Assembly: GCF_024521635.1 (NCBI RefSeq)
Contig: NW_026250410.1
Location: 930,001-994,000, forward strand
Direction of reading: 5' to 3'
Origin: Tricharina praecox
Taxonomy: Eukaryota
DNA length: 64,000 nucleotides
Shown here piece after piece: positions 1 through 14,800 of this stretch. The notes below the pieces were generated by a model. That model ran no database searches. It saw only the letters and a list, made by a program, of their open reading frames with translations, and had not been told where the DNA came from. The position numbers and the translations under genes are program-made. Numbering within the stretch: position 1 is the stretch's first letter; the number at the start of each line of letters is the position of its first letter.

Positions 1-1082
1 GGGGATGATGTGGCGTGTGGTTGTAATGTCCTGTGTGGGTGACCGCATCACCCGGACAATGGAAGCGGGCTGCGTAAACTATACCATTAATGATTTGACT
101 ATTGCGGCTTGATTTATTTGCTGTCGTTTCGTTCGTTCGGAGCGGAGAGCTTGGTATTATCATTTCCCGGCAGTTCTATGGGAGCACGATTGCATGTAAC
201 AGAGCGTTGATTGATGAGCGGTAACTAGAGAGGAAATGATACCATACACGGCTAACTACATCATAAGTATCGATGTGAATGCCAGGGGATGGAGATGCGC
301 CCTCATACTCCATCGAGACAAATCTGTAAGGCCGGCTTCCTTTAGAGCCAACACTAGGCAAACCATCCGGAACACTAACTAACACTGCGTCGCCATGTGC
401 CCCTGGGGAAGGGGGTTCCGGAAGTTTATGCTCGCGTGGCCAGCTTGGTTGTGTGGGTTCCCGGTTTTGCATTGAGGCCCTGGATATGGTTTGCTTTTGT
501 GACGAATCACGCCATGTAATGCTCTCGTACTGGTACGAGGCATACGGTAGTTGACTACTCTCCCGGAGAGAGAACGTAAATTTGTTCTACATACAGTCTT
601 GCTGGACTGTGGCAACCGGAGCGAAGGAAACCTTTCCCACCGGGCACTCCTGTTCGGCCCTAGAGAACCCACTTCTTGTCTACGGGGACTTTTTCACCCA
701 CGTCCATTGTCCCCAAGAATTCCAGCCTTGCCTCGCTGCGGCGCTTGACTGCAGAAGGTCTGGCCATACTCTATCACCGCCGTTCTCGTCCCCACCCGCT
801 CCGAGTACCGAGTGCCGAGTGACTCCCCATGCACCAGCCCATGGCCGAGTGAGCGGGATTCCCCATTAGTTAGCGCGGGGGTTTTCAGCCCCACCCCACC
901 AACATCAAGTCAATGGGCGTGCAGATCCCCCTCCCCCTGCCCCGCCGACCAAAACTCTGACTCCGACCTCGATTGACTCAGAGCTTCCATTTCCCTTCTT
1001 AAACAGCTGTGCACCGACACATCACATCACAACACGCACCCTAAACCACCACCCACAAAAAAAAGTCCAATTCCTACACACA

Positions 1083-2417
<1,335 letters not shown>

Positions 2418-2890
2418 ATGCAGAAGTAGAAGCGCAAAAAAAAAGTTAGATCGGTAACTTTAGGGAGCATTTGGGCTAGTCATTTATGTACTCTACAGCG
2501 GCGGTGGCGGCGGTGTTGGAATGGAAAAAAAACGATGACAGTCCAATCGTATTGAACGGGGGTAACCACAGAGGGATATTTGAAGAAAAAAAGGTATTCT
2601 GACATTACAACAAACTCCCCACCACCCTCCCCTTCCCCAACATGCCCGTAACTCATCCCGTCATCCATCATCACTCAATAAAACCAAACAAACAAGCACG
2701 AACGCATCGCATCATACATAAATCGTCAATCTAAGAGTGTGAACCAGCGATACAACAGAAAGGCCCACCCACCCACACTGCAAGAGTAGTAGAGAGTAAG
2801 TAGAAGCCAGAACACAAAAATGGCCTGTATAAGACTGCACCACATCTATCCTATAACCTCCATGCCAGCCCCCAGTCCCTCTGGTGATCT

Positions 2891-5427
2891 CTAGCCCACG
2901 CTGCTGACAATCTCCTGGGCTTTGGTGAGCGACTCGACCATCTGCTGGCACTCCTTCCGTCGGCGAACTGTGTAGTCGCTCTCCTTGAGCAGAGTGTCGA
3001 GTTCGTCAGACTTGTAAAGGTTCTCAAGGAGCTCGCGTTGCATCTCCTCCTTCGAGAATCTAACCAGAGTGTCAGTTACTGCATGAGTGCTAGGGAATGG
3101 TTAAACTTACTGGACGAGGTTCAGCATGATGGCCTTGGGCACCATGTCGATCATGGTCCGCTTAACGATGTTGTAGTACGATTGGATCAAGAGTTTGATG
3201 ACCTCGACCTCGAGGTTCTCGCGCTCCGACAGGGTACCGGAAGCCATGAGCTTCGCTGGCGGAGGCTCCATGGCAGCCATTTTCTTCTTGTTCTTGGCGG
3301 CAAAGAAGGAGAAGAAGAAGCCTTCTTTCTCGCTGTCGCCGGCCATCAGACTCTGCGGGTTCGGCGACTCCCGTCCACCGCCAGGCAGCGGCTTGCCGGT
3401 CTTGGGGTCGACTTGGACGGGCTTAGCCGAGCTGTGTCGCTCGTTCACGATTGCCATCGCCCTGTGGCCGTTGATGAAGTCAGGATGGCCGGTATTAATG
3501 TAGCAAGATTCCATCGACACCAAGTCGGTCACCAGCTTATTGGTTGGCGTCATGGCCTTTTTGAAGAACTGAATGACGACTTGGTAGAACTTCTCCTTCA
3601 GTCCTGGGTACCGTCTGAAGAACTGCTACATGCGTTAGTATCAAACTCGTGAATACCCCAGAACCACTGAATACACCTACCTGCTTCTGGAGGAGCTGCG
3701 ACAATATCCGAACCAACTCGTCGTAGACTAGACTGGCACACTTCAGACTAGGATCCTCTAGTCGCTTGATCTGTTGCTTGACGATGAGCTCGAAAGCAGT
3801 GGTACCGACGAACAGAGCAGGTGACGATCCCGAAGAGTTGTACAGGATGGTTCGGATATGCGTGTCCTTAACATCTTCGAAAGGATCCACAGCCTTCACA
3901 CCGTTGGAGTACAATTCGTGGAAAACGAAGCTGATACGAGCACCGCCCGATAGCTCCGCGCTAGAGAGCTCCTGGTTGTTACCTTCCAGAACCGTGCGGT
4001 ACTCATTGCAGAACTCGGTGATGATGTTGAGGATAATGTTGGCACTGTTGCCCAAGAGGGAGTCGCCCAACTGCGCCAGTTCGGTTTGGTACTTCGCGAG
4101 TGAGCCCTGGATGCGGGTTCTGATTTCGGGAAGCGTATTCTTAATGTGCATCATAAGGATCTAAAGTATCGTCAGTGTCGGCATCCTTACTCGGGGCTCG
4201 CTGGGGATGAATTTTACCATGTTGAGCTTACGAGCAAGATAAGGTGTTCCACAGTAGGCGTGCTTATTCCTATAAGCTCGGTGGTTCTCGAAAAATGCCT
4301 TCTCGTGTTCCAACGCGGCAGCAATTTGTTTCCTGCTCTCAATGTCGCGTTGACCACGGTTGACAACTGGAACGTAACCGAGCCGTAGAGGAATAATGCG
4401 GCCAGCAAGAATATCGACAACGTCGGTGCCCTCGTCCATCAGGTCGATCTTGGTGAGAACTCCGATCGTCCGCTGTCCATCGGGATCCACCTCACGAGCG
4501 AGCTTAAGACCGTCCGAGTTCGCCAAATCCGTATTTGCTGCTGTCACGGCCAGGATGATCGAGTTGGTCTTCTGGATCTGCTTCATCACCATATCCCTGA
4601 TCTGGCGCTCGATATCCACCGGCTGGTCCCCGACGGGCACTTTCGTCAAACCCGGCAGATCCACCAACGTTAACGTCAACACGCGAGGAGAGTATATACG
4701 AAGACCGATCGGCTTAGGCGACAGTCCGACGTTCTTGCCCGCCTTCGCCTCGGTTTCCCTAACGATCTCCTCGCGAATCTTGTTGAAGTCATGGAACTTT
4801 TGGCCCGGAATGTGCAGAAACTCGCCCCACTCGTCGACATTCGAGGCGACGTCTGTGGTCTTCATATCGCCGTTTTCGCCATTTGTTTGTGGTACCGCGG
4901 GACGGTTAATGAGTTGAAGGACCTATCATCGCTACTTGTTAGCACACGCGCGTGATCGATCACCCAAATAACTCCCCCGGAATCAACTTACAAGTGGTCG
5001 TCTCGTGACGATACCCGTGCCTCGAGGAAGACTGTCGCACACATACGTCAGCTCCGTCGTCCATCTCGCGTGCACCCGATGAGCCCCTTACAAGTCTCTT
5101 CCGACGATGTTCTCCAACACTGAACTCTTTCCACTGGACTGAGATCCGACGACGACGATTTGGGGCAGATCGATGGGGTTAGTGGACTTCGAGGGAAGGT
5201 ATGTTAGCACGCGGGAGGGACCAGTGAGTATCAGGGGGAGGTGTGGATGATCGGGGATAGCTCACCCCTACTGTCGCAAACACATCTTGTAGCTTGTTGA
5301 CGAGTGTGATCAACCCGGGATCGTTCACGTTAATGCTCCTGTATTGGTCAGTGATGCTATCCTCACCATCGGCGGCGGTGGTGATGGCTCGAGGCGAGGA
5401 AGGCGTAACGTACGTTGGCTGTGACAT
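2891..5427 (-). CDS. VPS1: Dynamin-like GTPase Vps1; multi-exon
   Basis: [38 protein letters not shown] (P-loop), [18 protein letters not shown], middle domain, and [31 protein letters not shown]. Ends IVSSVG* at 2891. Confidence 0.95.
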
Positions 5428-6949
5428 CGGCGCTGGTTGGTGGGTTGGTAGTAGGGGGAGGGGGTTGGTTCGGTAGGATGGTGGGGTTTGAGGATGAGAT
5501 GCGTAGTCGAGTTCTTGGTATCAGAAAGCCCCTACGGTCCTTGTTGGTTGAATCTTTGTGAGAGATGGAATGTCGTAGCGGGGTTGTGTTGGTATCTCGA
5601 GACAGGTGGCCCACTTTTTGGGGGGAAGTTAGGTTGGGTATGCGCTGGATCTCCAAGTGAACCTATGCCACAAATGACTAGGGTTGCACGTGATCACATC
5701 TTGTGTAGCTTACGCAGGGGGTTACGTGGATGCATCTACTGCCCATCCGCGCGTCTGTGCGGCTGTCGCCCACCTTCGAGTGACCGGGAAATAATTGTAC
5801 CGCGCCGCTGGATGGAAGGCTCTAGCCTTGGGGTAGACCATTGTATGTGTCATACCGGTCGAGAGGAAATGGCCGGCAAAAGCCAAGGTGTTTTGAACGG
5901 GACGTGCGAGGACTCCCTCTGTCTAGTGCTCTAACTATGAGAGCTATGGTCGAGGGATCCCATGCTTCACAAGTCAAGCGAGTGCTTGCGAGCCTAGGCA
6001 AGAATCCATGAATCATAGATTTGAATCATGAGGCAAGCGTCAATCCGCTTGCAGAAGACAGAGGCTAGGTATATACCACAGGGAGGCGAGGGAGAGCGGC
6101 CGATCTGCTTTCTTGCGCTCGTTCTCAGTCTACATCTCATCCACGAGCGACTGCAGGGCATAAGTTCAGAGGTCGGCGAACCCTTCGAGTTTGGGCACTC
6201 ATGGCTAGGAAGACGCGGTAACAGCGAAGATACTGTATTTACGACTTTTAGTAGCTCTAAAATCAATGAGATGATCCGATTAGATCAGTAGGAGACTTGA
6301 TGATCTGCAGAATACGCATCACAGGCGATCGCCGTCGTGTTGACAGTCAGAGTGATATTTCATCACGTGCCGCGGTACCGGAGAATCCAGGCCTTCAAAT
6401 AATGTGCTGATGATCGAACAAAAAATAAGGGCCTAGCCGGTTGCCAGCTGCATTTTCAAACATTAGGTTTCTGATGAGTTGAAGGTTACCAAAGCTGCAG
6501 CTGCAAACTCCCATCACCCCCGATGACCCGTTCAGAAACCCAACCTAAACTGAAATGGAATAAAATTTCGAAGGAAAGGCAGGCACATACTGTACCGATT
6601 TGTCCGCCTAGGTCCAGGAATACACCGGGACATAGTGTTACCGGTAGCCAGAGCGTCGGAACTTTTGTGGCCAGCCCACTCTACTATACCGGTACTCTGT
6701 CTTTATGACCAGAATCACGGTGACTCCAACGATGAGCATCTCGGCGAGCCTTAAGGTCCGCTGACGTCATTAGAGATGCCACCGACTAGTCGATCCTGTC
6801 ACTAGAGTACATGGCAACCGTACATCGTCTGCGTAAGCGTTTTGGTGAACTTCGTCCGCTCCACAGAAGAAATACGAGTCGCTTCCCCGAGTAAATCTAT
6901 CTCTCCAGCACTTCAATAAATTCTGGTGCCTCAACATAAGCCTTGCCGT

Positions 6950-7788
6950 CAGTGCCTCCGATAGTCCAGTCCAGTACGTCTTTCGGCAAAAGCTGGACTG
7001 GACTGAGAGGTTCAGTCTGGCAGGAGGCGTGAACTGGACTGGGCAGTCTGCGCAACCGGCAGGTCTGGACGGACAGCAGCCGGGCTGGACGGACTGCAGT
7101 CGACTGGACGGACTGCAGTCGACTGGATGGACTAGTACTTTCAATAGAAAATGTTTGAACTCAGTAATGAACTTTTTATACACGTATAGTACAGCTACTG
7201 CAGATCCCCCTCGCACAGTGCATTGAGGATATATAGTCTCCATCTCTCTGATATCGCCCTTTGTAGTAGCTACATACATGACCATCTCGTTGCCAGCTTT
7301 TGAGACACTCCAGGGCCTTCAGTGGGTCCTCACCCATGCAAAAGCGACGATGAGAGAGACTGATTTTAGCCCCACTAAAACTCATTCCGGCTCTGCTCTC
7401 ATGGCGGGAATGCTCCAATACTCGAGGGCTATTCTGTCGAGATCTTTCCAGCGAGGTTCATGTGATTTATTCGCCGGGTACTGTACCCCATTGTCGATGG
7501 AATCGCATGGGGGCGGTTCCTGCTAGAAAACCTCCATCATATCTTTATTCAGACAACGGTGGGGTAAGAGATAGAGAGCTGGCATGGTACGAAAAGAGAA
7601 CATTTGATAAGTTGAAAGAGTGATGCCCGCTAGCCACATAGTTCGGCCCAAAATTTTCAAAAAGTGGCAGTCTGTCAGTCGACTGCAGTCGACTGCTGTC
7701 TGAGACGGCAAATCTTTGGGACGGACTGAATTCAAACCGTCCTCCAATTTTATGGACTGCCGTCCAGACTGGACTATCTGGAGCACTG
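6950..7788 (-). mobile_element. Non-autonomous, internally deleted hAT DNA transposon (839 bp)
   Basis: Left TIR CAGTGCCTCCGATAGTCCAGTC versus right TIR (reverse complement) CAGTGCTCCAGATAGTCCAGTC. Identical 8-bp TSD CTTGCCGT at 6942-6949 and 7789-7796. Subterminal GACTG/CAGTC repeats at both ends. Internal transposase C-terminus remnant. Confidence 0.9.
7282..7460 (-). pseudogene. hAT transposase C-terminal dimerisation domain remnant
   Basis: RWKDLDRIALEYWSIPAMRAEPE*V-(frameshift)-FSGAKISLSHRRFCMGEDPLKALECLKSWQRDG matches the hAT motif SIPA-S---ERxFS...EALxCLKSW. It carries one stop and one frameshift. Confidence 0.85.
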
Positions 7789-9381
7789 CTTGCCGTATAT
7801 ACGGTTCAGAATTGTGCTTTGATGTTTATATGATATGAATATCTGTTCCGTGGGAAAGAACGGTCTATTAACCTAGATATGCATACCCGGGCGAGACAGG
7901 CGTACGGAGCCCAGAAGTACGCAATCTCGAGGCTTCTCATATGAATGAGTGACGATATAGAGCGCTGTTGCCTCTTTCCCTCCTCCACTGTTGGTTGATA
8001 TCTCGAGTCATAATCCATGCCGCTCAAAGCACTACCTATGCCCTGCACAGTCGCAGTGAAAACCACGGGTTTCCTGCATCTCATGGTGATTCGATGAGAG
8101 CTTTTGGTATTTCCTTAAACTTTACGCCAGAGCTCGGATGAGGTCATGGATTATAGGGGGATGCGGAGTGGTAAATACGGTGGCGGGATCTTTTTGTATC
8201 ACCATTCTGTATTCGGTAGTCGGGCCTTGGATTCTCCTCTTCTGTTCATCATTTATTGCATACGGCCTATCCAGATCATAGTAATCCGTGTCCAAACCGC
8301 CCTATCTGCAGTCCCGTTGACGGGCTTGGTGCAGCACTTCCCCCTTCCCCACGCCTGCTGCCTGGGCTCGAACAATTATCGCACTGAGGAAAGACTACCA
8401 GTATCACCCCTTCACTTTATCCCTCTCCCCGGTCCAGCCCCGCCAGCATGGTGAGGCTTTGGATGATATGCAGTGAATGGAAGGAATGGTATGCCGAGTG
8501 CTGGTCTGTGCCATGTCTAGGTATTTTAGCTTCCCTCTCGAATCTACGCCATACGTATCAGTGCTCAGAATCATGCCACGGCGCGATCTATAGACACATG
8601 GAATTGCATCTTGGTTCAACGTCCCACTGCGGATTTCAAGTATTACCGTTTCGATCGGTTTTTTCTTTCTTTTTTCTACAGGGTTTACTGGAGACGAGGC
8701 AGCGGAATGTGCATGTAAACGCATCTGCGGGAGATCGGGGCCACTGTCAATATGCGGCTCATGGTGCTCCATCGGGGTGCAAATATCCACAGGCTGTCGT
8801 ACTCTACATACACTCAAAGCATCAGTGGATTTGAGGCTGACAGGCAGAGGTGACAGGTCTCAATTGGACCCTGCCATCCCCAACGGTGTCTTCTGGTCCG
8901 AAGAGCAACAACCGGCTACGCCGCGCACGCTAGAGGTGGAGAAAAGCTGGATTCGGACTGCTGCACCGGCATTGCATGACGGTGTATTTCTTCTAGCCAG
9001 CCACACACGACGCGAGCCGTTGTCCGTGTTCACGTGAGAGCTGGCACAAGCCTTTTTAATTCGCAGCTCTCGGCCGTGCCTCGAACTCAATTGCTGCCGG
9101 ATTCTTGATAGAAAAGGGTCCTCCTCGACGACGACGTCTTCTCCAGAAATCCCCAGCTCTACACATATAGATCTACATATTCATTGCTTGCCCTGCCCCA
9201 CCACCCCCCCCCGCTCCCATTTCGTCATCCGGGACCCTACTAGAGCACTTATCGATAAGCTCGATCAGCTCCCCGCCGCGCCGCCGCTACCCGCTACACC
9301 ACAACCGCGGCCTCCACATCCAATTCCACCGCAACCCCATCTACATCGACATCTACATACGCCCACGCCCACGAAACCCAC

Positions 9382-11494
9382 ATGCAGAAAATCACCGACA
9401 AGATCGCGGCGCTGCCGCCAGGCGATGTGTACCACAGTCTTGAATTTTTCCCTCCAAAGACAGAGATGGTTCGTGACTCCGGGGTGATCATCAGCTCCCC
9501 CCATCCCCTCTTGCTAACTGTGGGGGCTTGCCTTAGGGACTTCAAAACCTCACTGCACGACTCGAACGGATGGCGCTCGCCTTGCGGCCGCTCTTCGTGA
9601 CGGTGACGTGGGGCGCCGGCGGCTCGACAGCGACCAAATCACTACAACTCGCGGAGATCTGCCAGAGCCATCTGAACCTCACCACGTGCCTACATCTGAC
9701 GTGTACGAACATGTCGAAGAAGACATTGGACGAGGCGCTGGAGTCGGCGAAAGAGATCGGGATACGGAATATCTTGGCGCTTCGGGGGGACCCGCCGAGG
9801 CACGATGAGTATTTCAATCCGGCGACGGATGAGAAACAAGGGGAGAACGAGGCGGAAAGGAGGGAGTTCGTGTGGGCAATTGACCTCGTCAGGTATATTC
9901 GCGAGAAGTACGGGGATTACTTTTGTATTGGCGTGGCGGCATACCCGGAGGGATACGCGGAGGGGACGTGCCCTGAGCACCAGGACCCCGTGCACGATCT
10001 TCCATACCTGATCGATAAGGTCAAGGCCGGTGCGGACTTCCTGATGACGCAACTGTTCTACGGTGTGGACAAGTACGTCGCGTTCGAGAAGATGCTGCGG
10101 GAGGATCCGTCGGGGGTGTTTGCGGACATGGTGATCGTTCCCGGCCTGATGCCGATCCAGAGCTACTCCATTCTCCGGCGGACGACGAAGCTTTCCAACG
10201 CCTCGCTGCCACAGAGTCTCCAGGACCGTCTCGAGAAGGTGAAGGGCGACGATGCGAAGGTCAAGTCCGTCGGCGTTGACATCCTGGAAGATATCGTTAC
10301 CAAGCTCCGCAACACTCTCCCCACCCGGCCCCTCGGATTCCACTTCTACACTCTCAACCTGGAAAAAGTCGTCTCCCTCGTACTGGAGCGCTGCAACCTG
10401 ATCCCGCCCCCTGACGAGACGGCCATAATCGAAGACGACGAAGCCGGCACGATAATTGTGCACGGGCAACGACGGGACCGCAGGACATCCTCCCTAACAG
10501 TCCCAGACAACCGCCTAGTCGTCGACGGCCTCGAAGGGCGGGGCGACAGCATGCTCCTCGAGACGGCCAAAACCGCCGGCTTCCTCCAGAACAACAACCA
10601 ATCGGAGCAGCGCGCGGACGTGACGCTCACCATCTCCGAAGGTGAAGGCACGCTCGGCCGCGAAGCAACATGGGACGACTTCCCGAACGGGCGGTTCGGC
10701 GACGCGCGCTCCCCCGCCTTCGGTGACATCGACGGCTACGGCCCGTCGCTGCACATGTCGCACTCGCAGGCGGCGAAGCTGTGGGGCTTCCCCGCCGCGC
10801 CCGAGGACATCAGCGCCTTGTTCGTGCGCCACATCACGGGCGACCTCTCGGCCATCCCCTGGTCCGAGCAGGACCTCAACGAGGAGTCGAAGGTGATCCG
10901 GGACGAACTGGTTGCGCTCAACAAAAAGGGCTGGTGGACGGTTGCCTCGCAGCCCGCCGTAAACTGCTGCCGCAGCGACGACGCTACTTTCGGTTGGGGC
11001 CCCACCGGCGGCTTCGTCTTCCAGAAGGCGTTTGTAGAGTTCTTTTGCTCGACCGACGACCTGGTCCGCCTCGAGGGAAAACTAAGACAGCTCGGCGACG
11101 TCGTCAGCTTCTATGCCGCAAACGACGCCGGCGAGTACAGGTCCAACATGCCGCCGAGCGAGGAGAGCCTGAACGCCGTCACATGGGGCGTGTTTACAGG
11201 CAAAGAGTACGCTCCCCCCCATTTCCCCCTACCCCTACCCCATCCCCCCCTCCTTGCGATCCCCCGGCTGACAGCAGTAGGATTATCACTCCAACAATAA
11301 TCGAGGAGGTAAACTTCAAGGCGTGGAAAGAAGAGGCGTTCAGCATCTGGTACGAGTGGAGCCGCGTGTACCCGCCAAGATCGCCGACCGCACAGTTCCT
11401 TGCCGGCGTCGCGAGAAAGTACTGGCTCGTTAATGTCATACACCACGATTTTCCGGAGCCCGCGGCACTGTGGGAGTTGTTGGCGGGGTTGTAA
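9382..11494 (+). CDS. MET12: Methylenetetrahydrofolate reductase (fungal MET12-type paralogue); 3 exons
   Basis: SLEFFPPKT, FVTVTWGAGGST, CLHLTCTN, NILALRGDPP, GVAAYPEG, TQLFY, HFYTLNLE, plus the regulatory domain WDDFPNGRFGDARSPAFG and NAVTWGVF. The MET12 versus MET13 call rests on the N-terminus and is less certain than the MTHFR call. Confidence 0.9.
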
Positions 11495-11808
11495 GAGAAT
11501 GGGGACGGGGGAATGGGGGGTTGTATATATGGTTACTGGGGGAGGAGGGGGGAGGGGAATTATACCTACATGGTTTTTGATTACTGAATGTACCTTTTTG
11601 GAAAGTCACTCGTGATGGAGAGTGAAGGGATGGGAATAGGTGTCTGTGTCTCCGCTACATGATCCATTGTCATGACCTACTTGCTTAGCTAGGTCGCACG
11701 CAATGAATGAAATATTCTACATAATCCAAATCCCCGGTTATGTGAATGCACCCGCTATAAACCGAACGCCAAACCAAAGCCCAAACCAAAACTCCGTCCA
11801 CTACCCAA

Positions 11809-14800
11809 CTACCACATCGAGCTCCCCGCCATCCCCTCAGCACCCCCCGCCCTCCCGGCACGCTCCACAAACGTCAAGACTAAGCACCTGCCCCTGCGAT
11901 CCACAGCAACAATCCTCCTCCCATCCGGCGTAAACGCCACCTTCCCCGCCTGGGGGTCTAGTAGTCTAGCATCACTTCTTGCGGGCGGCAGCTCCGTGAG
12001 GTTATCGTCGCCATCGAGCCAGACCAGGGGTGTGACCCAGACAGTGCCGTTCCTGCCGAGCACTGCCGCCGCATCGCCGGACGGGCTGACCGCCGCGTGG
12101 AAGATGCGCGGCGGGAGGAGCGATAGCGGCCGCTGGCTTGCCGTGCCAGAGAGTGGTGAAGCGTACATCGCCTCTGTGAATGCGCCGGCCGCGGCGAGTG
12201 CGTCTTCGGCGGCCGCGGCGGAGCGGTGCTTGGTCGAGTTGCTGTTGGGGGTGAAGTTCGCGGGGAGCGTGCTGACGAGGAGGTGCCGTGCGTCTGGCAG
12301 GAGTGTGACGGAGGTCAGGTGCTCCCCTGAGGTCTTGGATGTGGCGAGGTGCTGCGGCTCGTGCGGGCGGGAAATATTCCAGACGAAGTAGTAGCCGAAG
12401 CGCGGGGTGGCACAGGCGACGTGACGCCCGTCTTTGGAGAGTGTGAGGATGTGTGGCGAGTCCTGCGGCTGCCGCGGGTGGATCGGCAGGTGGATGTCTT
12501 TCCCCACGCACTCGTAGCGGTGGCCGTCGTAGCTGTGCGCGTTTTGCCGGTAGAGGCGGAGCATGCCGATTGCTTCGGACTTGAGGGGCTTAGAAAGGCC
12601 GACGATCAGCACGGTGCTGGAGATGGAAACTGCGCTGTATTCCCAGCCTTTTATAGTGTCGTTGTAGATTACGTGGTTGTCGGCGGCAAGGTCGTGGACT
12701 TGTAGCTGGGGAAGTCAGTCATGGAAGCAATGGACACACGAAGGGAGGGTGGGGCATACCCGTTCTTTGGTAATCGTAACAACGTAGGAGTCGGAAACTG
12801 CCGCAGCTATATACTGCCACCGGACCTTCCCCTTCTTCAGACCCTCCCAGTCTCCCAGGCGGTAGTGGAACTTCGGCTTCAATGTTGAGGCCGGTCCCTG
12901 TTCTGGCGTGGGGATAGCAAAGACCTGGAAGCTATGAGGCGAGAGAAACACCGCATGCTTTCCATCTGCAGATATGCACGTGCTGAAACACGAGTCTTTC
13001 GAGTGAAATTTGTACATTGTCTCGACTGCAGGTTTATCATAGTCCGCCACGGGGCCTGGGTGTTCGGTCACAGACTCGACACAGATATCAGCAATCGGCG
13101 GGAGCGGCGAAGAACCACGACCGTCACCACCACCGCCGAATTGAGATTGCTGCAGTGTGTGGAATCCATACAGCGAGTCATAGTTAGATGTCTCTACGTT
13201 TGTTCCTAGTGTATTTTGGAATTGGTCTGAAATGGGTAATTGTATTTCCGCCAGTTCAGGCGCATTTTCTGCTGCTGCCGCTTTCTTTCTCATTTCTGAG
13301 GGTTCCACGCCGTCAGCAACTGGCGGTAGTGATTTATCAATTTGGAGACTCCATGCCCGTCTAGCTACCGGTCTTCGGGAAGATGTGGACTTTGTTTGTG
13401 CAGATGCCATGCGGGAGAGTGAATGTGCGGACCCGCTAGAGTGCGAGGATTGGTCCGCGAGGGTGTCGCTTTGGAAGGATCCTACCGTCTGGTCGGACTG
13501 GTTGTGCTTGTTCGTGAATGGCAGATCTTGGGCAGAGTAGTACGATGGGCGGGACACTGGGACTGGCTTCCGAGTTGGGTTGAGACTTGCATTCCGAGTT
13601 GGCGTTATCGGGGTAATTTGGCCTTCGCTATCCTCTGGTTCATCGAAGAGGGAAATGCTAGAGGAAAACAATTGGCTCAGTTCGCGGTGAAGGTACGGAT
13701 CAGTATTCTCTGGCTCGGGGGAAGCTGTGGGAAGCCTACGGGGGATCGTAGGGGTGTAAATCTGGATTATTGGGGATTCCTTGGGAGAGCAAGAAGAAGG
13801 AGATACAGGACTAAGAACGATATTGTGTGTATTGATTGCTGACGGGAAAGGAAATTCGGACGATCTGATTGTGCTGGGTGATATCGTCAAAGGCTCGTAT
13901 GTGGGAGTGGATGTAGGGCTGTCACTAGAAACGCTTTCCCAGGATTGACCCTCCGTGCTGAAGAGTGTTGGAACTTGGCTTGGTAAACTGCTCGGGACTG
14001 GGCTCGCGGTACGTACATCCTCTATTGACCTGGCCGCGATTTGGGCAATTTCGCCGGGTGACGCCTGCATTTGAGGCACCGTGTTTGCTTGCAGACGTCT
14101 CTGGATTGACTCTGCCGCTCCGGTGGACAGCACATTCTTTTTCTCGCAGCGGTCCATGGCTTCTCGTTTCTCCAATTTGAGCTGCTGCACCCATTCCAGC
14201 TTTTCCTCCATGGACCGGGCATCGAGCACATCGGGCGCAGAGGTCATCTCTATCTCAAACTCTAGGTTACGCATGGTGTCATAATACTCCTTCTCGCCGA
14301 CACCCAGCGTAGAACAGATAACGATTTCGAACTAAAGGTTCACCCTCAGCAAAAATCCAGTAACACCCCAAGTCCTGACAGCAGTTCACGTACACCTTTG
14401 TATCTGAATGCCTTCTCGCCCGAAGTCCGGATAAGTCTTAGCGCGAGAGCTCTAGCACCTAGAACAATATCCTCCGATCCTGGGAATGTTGCTACCAACT
14501 GGCTGAGGAGATCCAAAAGGCCACATGTGAATATTTGCACATCCAATTTGGAAAGCCCGATGTGACTGCCGTCTGCAGCTCCCCAATTGTTTTCGTCGTT
14601 GCCTCTGTTTTCATCGAAAGCCGCGAGCTGTAGCTCCAACCTTTCGATGATAGTCTGAGCAACGGCGCTGGCCCGAATTGCAGCCTGTAGTGAAGGACCC
14701 TGTCTCAAGTTCGACGATCTTTCCTGGTGATGCAGGAGGATGGCGTCGACTGCGCTCTCGTAGAGGCCCCGCATGTCCTCGAACCAGTGCGTCGGCGGAG

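Noticed and set aside
670..700. Minus-strand GAAAAAGTCCCC resembling RNase MRP CR-I
   Set aside because: No matching downstream GGGGCUNA (CR-V) partner for helix P4 was found.
6960..7135. GACTGGACGGACTGCAGTC repeats as a CRISPR array
   Set aside because: No unique spacers, eukaryotic context, and the repeats are explained as hAT subterminal repeats.
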